From: an uncultured virus (IMG/VR IMGVR_UViG_3300003322_001263)
Lineage: Duplodnaviria; Heunggongvirae; Uroviricota; Caudoviricetes
Strand: one strand, 5' to 3'
Virus record (IMG/VR): IMGVR_UViG_3300003322_001263
Length of the DNA: 64,000 nt
Positions 28,797 through 39,190 of the stretch are shown piece after piece (within the stretch, counting starts at the first letter, position 1; each line of letters begins with the position of its first letter). Below the pieces are notes generated by a model, which was not told the DNA's origin, ran no database searches, and saw nothing but the letters and a program-made list of their open reading frames with translations. Both the position numbers and the translations under genes were made by a program.

Positions 28797-29309
28797 ATGA
28801 CGCATACTATACCGCAAGACAAAAAAAATTGGCTATTAAATACAGCATGGAAAAAGCTTACGATTAAGCAAATAGCAGCCGAATCAAATATTAATGTTAG
28901 TTTAATTAGTAAATTTTATAAAGAAAACAATATAGAACCTGTTAAAAGGCGTGATGTTATAGCCAGCGGGTTAATAGATTTGATTAATACTGGTAACCAC
29001 GAATGTAAAAGCGTTTCTGATTTGGCGTTAATATTTAATTGTAGTACTACATTGATTAAGGGTATTATAGACGAGTATAAGCTGCAATTCAATATACGTA
29101 AGTATAAAAACGGGAGCGAAAAGATATCAAATATTAACGAAAATCGTTTACAAGCTGCTAAAGCGCGTGACGAGCATATATTAAATATGCGCAAAGAACG
29201 CGCTAATCATGCCGTATACACTCAAAGCGGTAGCCAGCTTATAGACGACTGCCGTGGCTTAAAAACTACACTGCGCCTAAAAACATATCTTACAAATGCG
29301 AACCTTTGA
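28797..29309 (+). CDS. Tandem HTH protein
   Basis: LTIKQIAAESNINVSLIS and SVSDLALIFNCSTTLI. Confidence 0.65.
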   Translation: MTHTIPQDKKNWLLNTAWKKLTIKQIAAESNINVSLISKFYKENNIEPVKRRDVIASGLIDLINTGNHECKSVSDLALIFNCSTTLIKGIIDEYKLQFNIRKYKNGSEKISNINENRLQAAKARDEHILNMRKERANHAVYTQSGSQLIDDCRGLKTTLRLKTYLTNANL

Positions 29310-29862
29310 ACAAGTAGTAAAAAAATGGTGGCCATACGTATGTTCTATAGCTAATAACAAAATAGGTTCTGATGCTGGCGACGTAGCTAGTAAAGTATTT
29401 GAAAAAATGCATAATGTATGGAAGAGCGATTACGATGCTGATTGGCATATAATTAGTTGGCTTAAAATAACTACAACCAATATGTGCGTAGATCATATTA
29501 GGCGCGCCAATTACAGAAAAAAAGTTATACTTAATTATACAGAACAGATTTATGACGGTAAAGAGCCAAGCACAGAACAAGATAACAAAGAAAAAGAACT
29601 GCGCGAAGTTGAACAATATGTAATTGGCTTTTTACAATCCGAAATTGAAAAACTGCCTGAAAAAACAAAACAGGTTTTCAGGCTGCATTGCATTGAACAG
29701 CTTAATTATAGGCAGATAGCAGAAAAATTGCATATAGATAAGAACACCGTAACGCATCAAATGAAAACCGCGCGAACCATATTGTTGGTAAACGTTATAG
29801 CTAATGAAAATGCTGCGCCAATGTTAGCGCAGCAATTACTCTTTAAATCCGGTGTAAAATAA
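29296..29862 (+). CDS. ECF sigma-70 factor 4
   Basis: AGDVASKVF, SWL....NMCVDHIRR, LPEKTKQVF.L....LNYRQIAEKL.I..NTV. Confidence 0.88.
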   Translation: MRTFEQVVKKWWPYVCSIANNKIGSDAGDVASKVFEKMHNVWKSDYDADWHIISWLKITTTNMCVDHIRRANYRKKVILNYTEQIYDGKEPSTEQDNKEKELREVEQYVIGFLQSEIEKLPEKTKQVFRLHCIEQLNYRQIAEKLHIDKNTVTHQMKTARTILLVNVIANENAAPMLAQQLLFKSGVK

Positions 29863-30014
29863 ACAAAAAGCCGGGGTTTGATTATTAAAAAATGAAACAA
29901 TAATGACAGACTTTCAATTAGGGTTTGCTATGGCTTCGTTGACAATTTTTCTTGCCATTGTTGGTGGATTTTTTATTGGATATGCAGTTGGCAGGTTAGA
30001 AAACAAAAAAACAA

Positions 30015-30500
30015 CTACAAAGTAGCCAATTGAAAATGCATGCCATCCGGCCTGCTCCAGCCGCCGCCCCATTCCAATAAGCCTGTATCGGTAAAGCATT
30101 TTACAAAACCTTTGCTTAATGTTGGCTTTTTGCCAAGTTGGTTAGTGGCTGCATTTATATCAAAAGCGCATGCCCATGAATGTATACTTAAATATTTTAT
30201 AGCTTTTTCTTCATCGCCGCGGGCCATAGCTTGTTCATATAATTTTTCATACCCGCGTATTGGCCGAAAATTCCAACAACCATCCCATGTTTTTAATTCG
30301 GCATTATACCCGCGTTGGTTAAGCAATACAAACCCGTCATGAAGCGGTTTTATTAATAAAGGATGACAGTATATACGTTTGGGTACAAAGCCAATTTCTA
30401 GCTCAGGCGGCACATCCCATATGGTCAATGTATTAATAAACTTCTTTTTGCCGGGGTGCCCAAACTTTATATAGAAATCTAAGCCGGTTAATGTTGCCAT
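30015..30500 (-). CDS. Endolysin, peptidase M15 family
   Basis: WNFRPIRG, SIHSWACAFDIN, WGG.W..PDGMHFQL. Confidence 0.9.
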   Translation of the reverse strand: MATLTGLDFYIKFGHPGKKKFINTLTIWDVPPELEIGFVPKRIYCHPLLIKPLHDGFVLLNQRGYNAELKTWDGCWNFRPIRGYEKLYEQAMARGDEEKAIKYLSIHSWACAFDINAATNQLGKKPTLSKGFVKCFTDTGLLEWGGGWSRPDGMHFQLATL

Positions 30501-30503
30501 AAT

Positions 30504-30839
30504 TTACATCTCCTTATAATTTTTAATATAATCATCTTCATTAATACAAGTAAACCCCATCTTAGAAAGCTTTGCAGCCAGCCCAATGTTCCATACTTGA
30601 CGTACAATAAAATCACGCTTGTCGCGTTTACAACTTGTAAAAAAATACGCAAAAGCCGCTTCTACATGTTTATTGCCGGGTTCATCGTTTTGTATTGCCA
30701 ATACTTCATAAGTGTTATTGCCATCCCTATAAATACCGTTTACGGTACCCACGCGAAAAAGCCGCCAATCTTCCCCAATATTAAACGGGTGCCCCCATAA
30801 GCCGCCATCTTCAAAGGGTGGCGTTTTTATACTATCCAT
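30504..30839 (-). CDS. Hypothetical protein, possibly GNAT-like
   Basis: Weak pattern (LAIQN..PGN.H, L.KMGF). Confidence 0.4.
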   Translation of the reverse strand: MDSIKTPPFEDGGLWGHPFNIGEDWRLFRVGTVNGIYRDGNNTYEVLAIQNDEPGNKHVEAAFAYFFTSCKRDKRDFIVRQVWNIGLAAKLSKMGFTCINEDDYIKNYKEM

Positions 30840-31243
30840 AGCCAAAGTATTATTATAACGACATAACAGACCGCATATGCCTTTGCTATTCGTGTACCTA
30901 CGTTTACCCCTGTTCCAAATATTGATCGTTCTATGCGATCTGTAATGCTTTTGGGTGGATTTGCCGTGCTTTGATAATTCCAAGCCAAGCCGCGGCGCAA
31001 ATTAAGCGGTATGTCAAAACTGAACTGCCGATTAAAAAATGCGCTTGCCAAAAATAATATGCCTGCTGGTATTGGTGGTATTTGCAATAAAAAACAAATA
31101 CCAAGCGCAAATAGTAAATAGGCTAAAAAATTAATGCCATGCGCAATATGCTTATTTTCTATAATTCTATATGCATCAAAAAAAGCATTGCCTAAATTAA
31201 ACAATGCCAAAAATAATTGACCAACTAAAAACTCAATTATCAT
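30827..31243 (-). CDS. Multi-pass membrane protein, lysis region
   Basis: 3-4 hydrophobic helices. Confidence 0.6.
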   Translation of the reverse strand: MIIEFLVGQLFLALFNLGNAFFDAYRIIENKHIAHGINFLAYLLFALGICFLLQIPPIPAGILFLASAFFNRQFSFDIPLNLRRGLAWNYQSTANPPKSITDRIERSIFGTGVNVGTRIAKAYAVCYVVIIILWLWIV

Positions 31244-31580
31244 TTTGTTCTTGTTTATTTTTATCAGCGTCTATTTGAACTTGTTTGGTTTCGGTATTTA
31301 ATGCTTTATGCAGGCATACGGCAATCAGCACGCAGATTGTAAGGTATACCAAAGCTTTCCTATACCATTCTTTATTTGGGTCATTAAATGTAGCAAATAC
31401 ATATAGCCATAAAAATACGATTACCGCATGCAGTACTATTGCCGCCAACTTTACAATCGTAATAGCTTGCCACCAATCTGCATAAAAAATATCAACAGCT
31501 ATAAGGGCCAAGCCAAATACGCCGCCAACCAAAATCATACTCAATTTTTCATCGTCTTTTTTCTTAACTTCGTTTTCCAT
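31233..31580 (-). CDS. Three-TM membrane protein (holin candidate)
   Basis: Three TM helices, charged termini, near the endolysin. Confidence 0.5.
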   Translation of the reverse strand: MENEVKKKDDEKLSMILVGGVFGLALIAVDIFYADWWQAITIVKLAAIVLHAVIVFLWLYVFATFNDPNKEWYRKALVYLTICVLIAVCLHKALNTETKQVQIDADKNKQEQNDN

Positions 31581-31584
31581 AATT

Positions 31585-32331
31585 TTACTTTTTACGTCTA
31601 AAAGAAATTGTTTTTGCAATATTAAAAATGTATATGTTACCGGCATTTGTAAATACTACATGCCCGGCGTACTCATTAAATCGTTTGTCCTCGTATATAA
31701 CCCCAAATCCGCCGCCCTTTGGTAAAAAAGGATTACTAAACATGCCCATTACACTTAGTTTAACCTTACGGGTTGTATCGCACGCGCGCGCGCTTGCGCG
31801 TGCAAGGCGGCAATCATTAAGTAGCTTATTAAACTGTAAACGTTCGGCATCTAATTGCGAAATACGGTTTTCTTGTATGGTGGATTGTTGCCGCATTAAA
31901 GTATCATAGCTATCGCGCTCAAATTTCAACTGTAAGTTTTCGTTTTTATATTTGCCCAATAGGCCAAAGCAATTTTCGCATCCGTTTATATATTCATTTG
32001 GCGCAAGCACAAACCCGGTATCGGTTGGGTATGTTTGTATTTTTTGTTTATCAATTGCATGCTTTACAGTAATGCTTTCTATTTGCTTCTCTAATTCAGT
32101 AACACGGCCCTGTTGCGCATTACTTTTTTCTTGTTGTAAATCCAATTGGCCGCGAACGAAATCGAGACTATCCATATATAGATGCATGGCTGAATCTGCA
32201 CTAGCATTAAGGGCGTCTACTTCTTTTTGGCTAAATGTTTTTTCATTACCGCAGTATTTAAATGTAATAAATAGCACAGCACATAATGCTATAATGCTAA
32301 TTGTTATATTAACATATTTTTTGATTGTCAT
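31585..32331 (-). CDS. Spanin-like protein
   Basis: N-terminal anchor with Cys, long coiled coil, C-terminal amphipathic beta strands; lysis cassette. Confidence 0.45.
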   Translation of the reverse strand: MTIKKYVNITISIIALCAVLFITFKYCGNEKTFSQKEVDALNASADSAMHLYMDSLDFVRGQLDLQQEKSNAQQGRVTELEKQIESITVKHAIDKQKIQTYPTDTGFVLAPNEYINGCENCFGLLGKYKNENLQLKFERDSYDTLMRQQSTIQENRISQLDAERLQFNKLLNDCRLARASARACDTTRKVKLSVMGMFSNPFLPKGGGFGVIYEDKRFNEYAGHVVFTNAGNIYIFNIAKTISFRRKK

Positions 32332-32618
32332 TTTGAATTTATTACTTCTTCTATAATGTTATCCCATTCCTTTTTAAAAACACTATACCAGCCGCGTTGC
32401 TTTTTTGGCATATCTTGCTTTTCTGTAGCAAGGCATATAATAAAAAGCAGGGGCACTTCAAAAACTTGTGATAATCTTGATAATGTTTCTAAGCTCGGTA
32501 TTCCACCATTTTCGATTGCACTGTAGTATCCTTGGGTGAGATTTGCTTGTTTGCTTACTTCGTCTTGTGTTAATCCGCGCAACAGGCGTAGTCGTTTACA
32601 TACTTCTCCTATAATCAT
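32328..32618 (-). CDS. XRE-family HTH regulator
   Basis: RLLRGLTQDEVS...TQGYYSAIENG.IPSLETL. Confidence 0.88.
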   Translation of the reverse strand: MIIGEVCKRLRLLRGLTQDEVSKQANLTQGYYSAIENGGIPSLETLSRLSQVFEVPLLFIICLATEKQDMPKKQRGWYSVFKKEWDNIIEEVINSK

Positions 32619-32638
32619 ACAACGCAAAGTAAAATATT

Positions 32639-32730
32639 TTTGTTACAAATAAAAATTATTTTACATTGCAAATGTTTTTATCTAGTTATTATGGCATTGG
32701 CAACGGCTCGTTTTTACGAGCCGTTTTTAT
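32639..32730 (+). ncRNA. Putative ~55-nt sRNA with its own promoter and a TTTTTA-loop terminator
   Basis: TTTG(32639)-19 nt-TACATTGC(32662); AACGGCTCG-TTTTTA-CGAGCCGTT-TTT. Confidence 0.45.
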
Positions 32731-33132
32731 TTACGATTTTTTATCATCAATGCTGTTCTCGATTTCATATTGTTCTATGCGCTTCTTACCCTTTTTAAAT
32801 GCCACATAAAGCAAGTGTTGAATAAATGCGCCTATGCCTACACTGGCTGTTCGTTGATATAAGATAATTTTTTCCTTCCATGTAAGCATTTGCTTGTTCA
32901 TCAAATCAGCACGCGTAATTTCGACATTAAAAAAATCACCGGCGATAAATAACAATATGAGCAACCCGCTAAAGGCCATTACAAAGCTCCCAATTTCACC
33001 GCTAAAATATAGCCCTAAGGCTTTCCAATAATTAACGTTTTTGTTCTTTTGTAAAATGTAAGTGCTGACACTTGCATATGCTATTTGACCTACTAACCAA
33101 CCACCGGCGATAATTAAATAGTGATTATTCAT
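32731..33132 (-). CDS. Membrane protein (holin-like)
   Basis: Three TM segments, basic C-terminus. Confidence 0.55.
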   Translation of the reverse strand: MNNHYLIIAGGWLVGQIAYASVSTYILQKNKNVNYWKALGLYFSGEIGSFVMAFSGLLILLFIAGDFFNVEITRADLMNKQMLTWKEKIILYQRTASVGIGAFIQHLLYVAFKKGKKRIEQYEIENSIDDKKS

Positions 33133-33137
33133 AAACG

Positions 33138-33359
33138 TTACTCCTTTTTTTCCTTTTGCATAGCTTTATAATCCCTATAAAATCTAAAACAATTGTAAGC
33201 AACAGTACTAAATCCGGCAGCAATAGCGGCTACCCCTGCCAAGCCCTTTAATATAGGGGCCGAATCCAAAATAACTGTTAAAACATAAAGCCCGGTGCTA
33301 ATAACTGTCATATAGGTACTACCATCTATTGGTTGAATATTCATATCTGCATGTCGCAT
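33138..33359 (-). CDS. Small two-TM protein (holin candidate)
   Basis: Two TM helices, basic C-terminus. Confidence 0.55.
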   Translation of the reverse strand: MRHADMNIQPIDGSTYMTVISTGLYVLTVILDSAPILKGLAGVAAIAAGFSTVAYNCFRFYRDYKAMQKEKKE

Positions 33360-33429
33360 AACGGTAAATAATAAGTTAAATTTATATATTTTTTACCTTT
33401 TACTATATTAAAATTTCATGCCCTACCGA

Positions 33430-35796
33430 TCAATATTTTAATACAACCACATTATATGTTGCAGACGCTATGTCAAACGAACCTCCTGATGTATTTTGCA
33501 ATTGAATAGTAACTGTATTGGTTGCCGAAACATAAGCGAAATATACTTCTCCATTACTATACGAACCACTTGTTTTGCTTATTGTAACAGGGTCACCTAA
33601 TGCGGCACCGGTGACTGTAAAGCTTGTTGAGTTACTAGAATTTGCGCTTATGCTGGGCGGATCCCACGTAACCGAGCCTTTTAATCCAATCAAATTAACA
33701 TCTTTTGCAGCTATTTTGTAAAGCACATTCGCATTAGTAGTAGGGTTATATTCACCCACAGCTACAAGAGTGTCAACTCCAGATGTTTTTATGGGCAATC
33801 GCGCTGTTATACTATCTGCAAGCAAATCAATATAGGTTTTATTCGATGCATTGGTAGGATTGCCAACATTTATAACTGATAACCCGCTTGAATGCCCTAT
33901 ATTTTGCGAACTTATTTGTATGAAATTATTTTGGAAAGTAATAGCTTGGTTAAGTGAATCGGAGGCGTCGTTTGCCTTACGTACAACATTGCCAAGCCAC
34001 AAGGGAAACCCCGGCCCGGCTATCATGTCTATAAATGTTCTCTGTCGTCTACCAGAATTTAACCCACGGGAAGTGACAAAATGATAACTAACGCTATCCA
34101 ATGTAACACCATGTCCATATCCGTTATGCGTTCTATCGCCTGTTAAATTTAAATCAGTATTGAAATAGTTTTGCGAACTATTGCCACCTGCGCGCTTATA
34201 AATTGTTCCATCGCCCGAAACAACAAGGGAAGGATAGCTTGTGTCAATAGTTGAAAAACTAGCGCCATAATTTTGCCATTTCCATTGACCAGATGTATTA
34301 AGTCTTGACACGTTATTTGGCCCAATCCACCAATCATGATCTATATTAAATGGCGCAATATACTCCATACTATTACGAGAACCATTAGACGCAATACTAA
34401 AACCTGCATATCCTGCGCTGGCAACCTGATATAAATAAAATTTAAGATGCGTAGAATCACCAAAAGCAGCATTATTATAACCACCGCCTAATGAAAAATA
34501 CGATGGCGTTGGTGTTCCTACACTGCCTGTATTTTGATCAAGCCGTAAAGACATAACACTTGAAATCATGTCTACCCCCAAGCTCATTCTAGCTTGACTA
34601 TTGCCATTGATGAACCAATTAAAGTTAGATCCGGCCCCGCCTGCAAAATTATTAAACCCTCCTGAACTTACGCCGAACCCGAAATTATTAGTGGTAGTAC
34701 CATCGCAATAAAGGCATAATTTAATACCTGCTGGATCGTACGCACTACCATTCCAATACGAACCCCCATAATTAGCGGCCATTGGGTTGCTTATAGATGC
34801 CGGTGTTTTTGTGCCAACTAGTATATGTTCATTTGCACCGACGTATTTACTTATGGCAAATTCTATATACTTATAGCCATCGTCTGTTGGATGAATGTTA
34901 TCCCCGCTAATAAGTGTTGTATCATTCCTTAGTTGAGCAGTAAAAATATCAAAATATAATGTACCCCATTTAGTAGCAGTTTCCTGAGTGGCAAAAACAA
35001 AATCAAGATGTCTTTGAAGTGTTGGTGCTGCATTTCCGGTAATGCTGGCATAGGCCGCATATCCTGCTGTGCCTATCCAATAGGGTGGTATAATTAATAT
35101 TTCGTTAGACGACCACCCTTTATTTATGCAATAATGCATTACACTGTCGTAGTCGGCTTTATAATTCGTTACATTGTATGCGGGTGCCGTTTGGCCCATA
35201 TCATTAAGCCCAAAAGCAAATACCAGCATTTTGATTTTAAACGATTTTTGCGGCACATTCGGCAAATTATCAATCATGTTTGGGCTAGACATGTAATCTA
35301 TTGGCACCCGTTTTTGCAATGTAGTACCGGCCACCCCCATATTTTTTTCAACGCATCCCATACGGTAAGAAAAAAGAGTTGTCCACCTATACCCGGAAGT
35401 AGCCCCACTACCAGCGGTATAACTATCGCCAAAGAAATAAATAGTATCTGTTAAGGTTGTTCTAAATGGATTATGCAATAGCGGGTATTGGTGCAATGCG
35501 TTTACAATATTACTATCTATTAATGCAGCCCCGCCGCTACTAGAAATCATAAATGTATCTTTGCCGATAAAAAGCGTATCGCCACTGCGTCTAGGTTTTT
35601 TACCTACATACACGCCACCGCCTATATTGGTAAGTATGCCGCCAATAGTATTCCTGCTGCTGTCTTTAAGCTTCAAAAATGCACTACCCCCAACCTTTTC
35701 AATTAATACCGTATCCGCTCTTAAAGGGAGCGTACTTTGGCTATAAACGACAACTGAGCCGATTAAGCTGAACAGGAATAAAATAACTACTTTCAT
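33430..35796 (-). CDS. Tail fibre/spike-like protein with SGNH esterase domain and N-terminal signal peptide
   Basis: FGDSYT, GVAGT, FGLND, DNIHP; C-terminal WDPPSI...VTGAALGD domain; [13 protein letters not shown]...YSQ. Confidence 0.75.
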   Translation of the reverse strand: MKVVILFLFSLIGSVVVYSQSTLPLRADTVLIEKVGGSAFLKLKDSSRNTIGGILTNIGGGVYVGKKPRRSGDTLFIGKDTFMISSSGGAALIDSNIVNALHQYPLLHNPFRTTLTDTIYFFGDSYTAGSGATSGYRWTTLFSYRMGCVEKNMGVAGTTLQKRVPIDYMSSPNMIDNLPNVPQKSFKIKMLVFAFGLNDMGQTAPAYNVTNYKADYDSVMHYCINKGWSSNEILIIPPYWIGTAGYAAYASITGNAAPTLQRHLDFVFATQETATKWGTLYFDIFTAQLRNDTTLISGDNIHPTDDGYKYIEFAISKYVGANEHILVGTKTPASISNPMAANYGGSYWNGSAYDPAGIKLCLYCDGTTTNNFGFGVSSGGFNNFAGGAGSNFNWFINGNSQARMSLGVDMISSVMSLRLDQNTGSVGTPTPSYFSLGGGYNNAAFGDSTHLKFYLYQVASAGYAGFSIASNGSRNSMEYIAPFNIDHDWWIGPNNVSRLNTSGQWKWQNYGASFSTIDTSYPSLVVSGDGTIYKRAGGNSSQNYFNTDLNLTGDRTHNGYGHGVTLDSVSYHFVTSRGLNSGRRQRTFIDMIAGPGFPLWLGNVVRKANDASDSLNQAITFQNNFIQISSQNIGHSSGLSVINVGNPTNASNKTYIDLLADSITARLPIKTSGVDTLVAVGEYNPTTNANVLYKIAAKDVNLIGLKGSVTWDPPSISANSSNSTSFTVTGAALGDPVTISKTSGSYSNGEVYFAYVSATNTVTIQLQNTSGGSFDIASATYNVVVLKY

Positions 35797-35869
35797 AATT
35801 AAATTTTAAAGGCTGGTTTTTAGGCCAGCCGTTTAAATTATGGATAACAAGAAGAATGCACGCTTTACA

Positions 35870-36430
35870 TTAAACAATTGCACCGGTATAATCAAAGCAT
35901 TCAAAAACACCGGCAGGTGTGTCAAACGGAATTGGCAAATCATCATCGCTCCATTTAACAGTAACATTCCATACTACTTCGCCGGTAAGGTCTTCCACAA
36001 CCGGGTTCTTTGGAATGGCTTGCACGGTAACGTCAGTTAAGTGGGTTTGAGTTTCGGTGCGATATGCAAACCTGTAATTGCGACTATTTTTAATCGCATT
36101 GTAAAAGTCTGCATTGTTTTTATAGTTCGGGTCATTATACACGGCTTGGAAATTATAGCCATTCAATTTAGTTTGTTGATCTCCGTAACCCGGCCCTTCC
36201 ACTTCGCTACCGCCATCAAACGTACCGTTTGTCTTTGGGATGATTATAATTTTCTTATTAGCAATCCCGTTATCCCATTCGGTCGGGCTACTTGGGTTGA
36301 TAAAATGAAAATCATTTGCAATAAAGGCAACGCTTCTAATACGTGCCTTTTCTGTGACTTCGCAGTCATTACAGTAGTGATCTGGAATATCTTCAGCGCA
36401 GCCACTTGGATAATAGATAGCGTATGCCAT
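35870..36430 (-). CDS. Putative tail tube protein
   Basis: 186 aa, beta-rich, acidic; follows head-tail joining genes. Confidence 0.5.
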   Translation of the reverse strand: MAYAIYYPSGCAEDIPDHYCNDCEVTEKARIRSVAFIANDFHFINPSSPTEWDNGIANKKIIIIPKTNGTFDGGSEVEGPGYGDQQTKLNGYNFQAVYNDPNYKNNADFYNAIKNSRNYRFAYRTETQTHLTDVTVQAIPKNPVVEDLTGEVVWNVTVKWSDDDLPIPFDTPAGVFECFDYTGAIV

Positions 36431-36442
36431 TGTTTGTAAAGT

Positions 36443-37015
36443 TTAATTTGAACAGTCAATGCATTTATTAATGCACGATTGGTCGTATCTTAATAATATT
36501 GTGTAATTAATTTGGATAAAGTTTATGTATAACGGAAGCAAATAGCCGCTTGCGCCAATTGAATATTCTGTGTCAAAAACCTGTTTAGTGTTTAATAATG
36601 CGCCGCTTGGCGTTATTACAACATCTTTTATTTCAGGGATGCCGCCAATGCCTTGCGGGATTCTGCTGCGCAACAACAATAACATATCCACGGCTTGAAT
36701 TTTTACTTTGCGTGTGTCCCATGCCGCTATTAGATTGCATATTATGGTATCTTCGCTTTGCCGGGCATCGCCAAAACCGCCGCGCGCACTAAATGCCAAG
36801 CTAGCCGCATTTGTTTTGTGATAAATAGTTAGACTTTTAATGTCGTCTATACCGGCATAAATCGCCTCACCATCATCCTTAATAATACCGGGCATAAAAT
36901 CAATTACGTCGCCGCTATTGCTCCTATAAACGCGTTGCACTAGACCCAATGTTATTTGATCTTTCACTATGCCGTCAAACTGCATATTTATTAGGTCTAT
37001 TACTGTATTAATCAT
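36443..37015 (-). CDS. Putative tail terminator/neck protein
   Basis: Synteny and size only. Confidence 0.4.
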   Translation of the reverse strand: MINTVIDLINMQFDGIVKDQITLGLVQRVYRSNSGDVIDFMPGIIKDDGEAIYAGIDDIKSLTIYHKTNAASLAFSARGGFGDARQSEDTIICNLIAAWDTRKVKIQAVDMLLLLRSRIPQGIGGIPEIKDVVITPSGALLNTKQVFDTEYSIGASGYLLPLYINFIQINYTILLRYDQSCINKCIDCSN

Positions 37016-37467
37016 GTATTAAGTGCTAAGTGCGTTTGATTGGCAATAAAGTCAGATGCGTATTTATTTTCATTTTGCGTTAGGCTAAAAATTACACAGT
37101 CTTTTATTGCTTCCACCCAACGAGCTTTCTGTAAATTGAACTTATTTTTAAACCCTATTCCATATCCGTTTACCGTAGCTATAACAGACCAATCATTTTC
37201 TAATTGCCGGGTTAAGCTAACAATCACCTTAGTGTCTGCGCTCCTGTTATATTTTTTTATTCGAAGCTTTAAATACTCGTTACTATAAGTTCCTATCTGT
37301 GTTCCGCTTGCATTAATACCGTCCTCATGTATACGCTTTTTCATCAATTCAAGCAAATCAAAACATAATGGACGTGTTATGTATTCTTTGTCCTTAAGCT
37401 TATCTAGCTTGGTTGAAATCCGAGCATTTACTTCGGCAAGATTTGTATTTACGGTTATGGTAGCCAA
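37012..37467 (-). CDS. Putative neck/virion morphogenesis protein
   Basis: RI...G....G..IG.YS..Y...R, V..SLT.QL, IF.LT pattern. Confidence 0.55.
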   Translation of the reverse strand: MATITVNTNLAEVNARISTKLDKLKDKEYITRPLCFDLLELMKKRIHEDGINASGTQIGTYSNEYLKLRIKKYNRSADTKVIVSLTRQLENDWSVIATVNGYGIGFKNKFNLQKARWVEAIKDCVIFSLTQNENKYASDFIANQTHLALNT

Positions 37468-37964
37468 TATACTTTCTGTGGATTGTTAGTTGTTTGTTGT
37501 TCGCAACAACTGCTTACGTCAACTAATTTCATTGCTACTTCCAATGCTTTTTGGTATTCAACTTGGTAATAAGTGGCCAGTTCTTCGGCTTGCTTTTTAT
37601 CTGTTGTTGTAAACCTATTAAGCCTTGTACTGTTCATGCGGTATAGCATTAATTGGTTGCCTAATAGATACCGCCATGCTACAACTAAATGTTCTATATT
37701 GTCGCAAATCATATCACCGTAATCGCATTTTCTGCTTAATTGGTAACATTTATTTATTTCAATTTTAAAATCATTTAGAAATCTAATAGCGGCTTCTTGC
37801 TGCGCGTCAGCCCATACACTTAAGTAGGTAACTTGTTCGCTTGTAGCAACCTTATCAACACTTTCAAGCGTTATGCCCGGTAATGTACTTATATACATAC
37901 CACTATCCGGTTCAGCTTGACCTGAGCAATTAAAAAAACCTATATAGTCGATTAAGCATTCCAT
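37455..37964 (-). CDS. Putative head-tail adaptor
   Basis: Helical 169-aa ORF directly after the capsid gene. Confidence 0.45.
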   Translation of the reverse strand: MECLIDYIGFFNCSGQAEPDSGMYISTLPGITLESVDKVATSEQVTYLSVWADAQQEAAIRFLNDFKIEINKCYQLSRKCDYGDMICDNIEHLVVAWRYLLGNQLMLYRMNSTRLNRFTTTDKKQAEELATYYQVEYQKALEVAMKLVDVSSCCEQQTTNNPQKVYWLP

Positions 37965-38022
37965 AAAAAAATAGGCAACGGCTACGTCAAAATCATATCC
38001 CGCAACCGTGCCTAATTATTTA

Positions 38023-39159
38023 TTACGCTGGGTACGCATATGCGCCACCGGTGTAAGTAGTGTTTGTAATGAAATACTTCAAAATACCGTTTGTTCCAAA
38101 CAGTTCGTCAGTAGCAGAGAACGCGTTATCCGGCTGGCTCCATAAAGCAAACTGCTTGCTTAGGATAACCTGTATACCGCGGTCAATTGTACCACCTTCG
38201 GTTTCAACCGGGCAGTCGTTATAACGAATTTGCATGTCTAACACTAAGTCGCGCAAACAATCGTCAGCGCAACCAAATTCTTGTACAGGTAAAGGCAATG
38301 TACTGAAGAAGCTTGTGCCCTTATAGCCTGTCCAACCAGCACCCACATATCGGTTACGGCTAATGAATTTTACACTACCGGGTGCAAATAAGCCAACGGT
38401 ATTATTACCCCAAATAGTTTGAGTATCTTTGTCAAAATAGAAGTTAGGTACTCCAGTTGCGCCAAGATTCAAACCTGCTTGGTTGCAACATGCCAGCGCG
38501 CGCGCCTGCGTGTATGCATTAAATAACCCGCCACCTACTAAACAAGGCTCACCGCAAATTTCGTTTTCGGTAATATCGGTCATCATTTCAACAATGCCGT
38601 CATCTAATGCGAAGTCGTTGCCATTGCGATTGATGTTAATTACCTTACCGGTTGCGCTGCCGGTGGTAGTATTTACGCCAAATTCGGTTGCTTGCGCGGT
38701 TACCAATGCCCGGTTAATTGATTTTAAAAGAATATTTGCGCCTTCCACAATAAGGTCGTAAACTTCGTTCATAACCTGAGTTGGAGGCGCGCCGGTATTA
38801 CGCATTGCGCTTGCGTCAATACAATATTGACGTATCAGGTTATCTGCAATATGGAAGCTATACTGACGGTGTGTAAGCACAGGTACATTCCATTCCAACC
38901 GGCCCGGTTGTGTATTGATGTTACAATCGTCGGTATCTTGCACGTCTGTTAATACTGGGCGACGGCGATATGTAATAGTAAGACCTTTTTGATGACCGCC
39001 TTCGTAATTATCACTTATTGGGCTAACGCTGGAGTTTTGGCAACAAAATAACATAGCCAAAAAACCGGCAACGTGCATCTTACGGGCAGGCGCATTTGAT
39101 TCCGCTATCTGTTCAATATGATACATGATAGCCGGACAGAAGCCTAATCCATCTGCCAT
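38023..39159 (-). CDS. Major capsid protein
   Basis: 378 aa after a scaffold-like gene; C-terminal AF...DEL.GTNGIL motif. Confidence 0.72.
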   Translation of the reverse strand: MADGLGFCPAIMYHIEQIAESNAPARKMHVAGFLAMLFCCQNSSVSPISDNYEGGHQKGLTITYRRRPVLTDVQDTDDCNINTQPGRLEWNVPVLTHRQYSFHIADNLIRQYCIDASAMRNTGAPPTQVMNEVYDLIVEGANILLKSINRALVTAQATEFGVNTTTGSATGKVININRNGNDFALDDGIVEMMTDITENEICGEPCLVGGGLFNAYTQARALACCNQAGLNLGATGVPNFYFDKDTQTIWGNNTVGLFAPGSVKFISRNRYVGAGWTGYKGTSFFSTLPLPVQEFGCADDCLRDLVLDMQIRYNDCPVETEGGTIDRGIQVILSKQFALWSQPDNAFSATDELFGTNGILKYFITNTTYTGGAYAYPA

Positions 39160-39190
39160 GACTAATAATTTTTAGATTGAGTAAACTTTT

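Noticed and set aside
27707..29862. dCas12f-sigmaE RNA-guided transcription locus
   Set aside because: The sigma + ncRNA + HTH layout is reminiscent, but I see no Cas12f/TnpB-like ORF in the window
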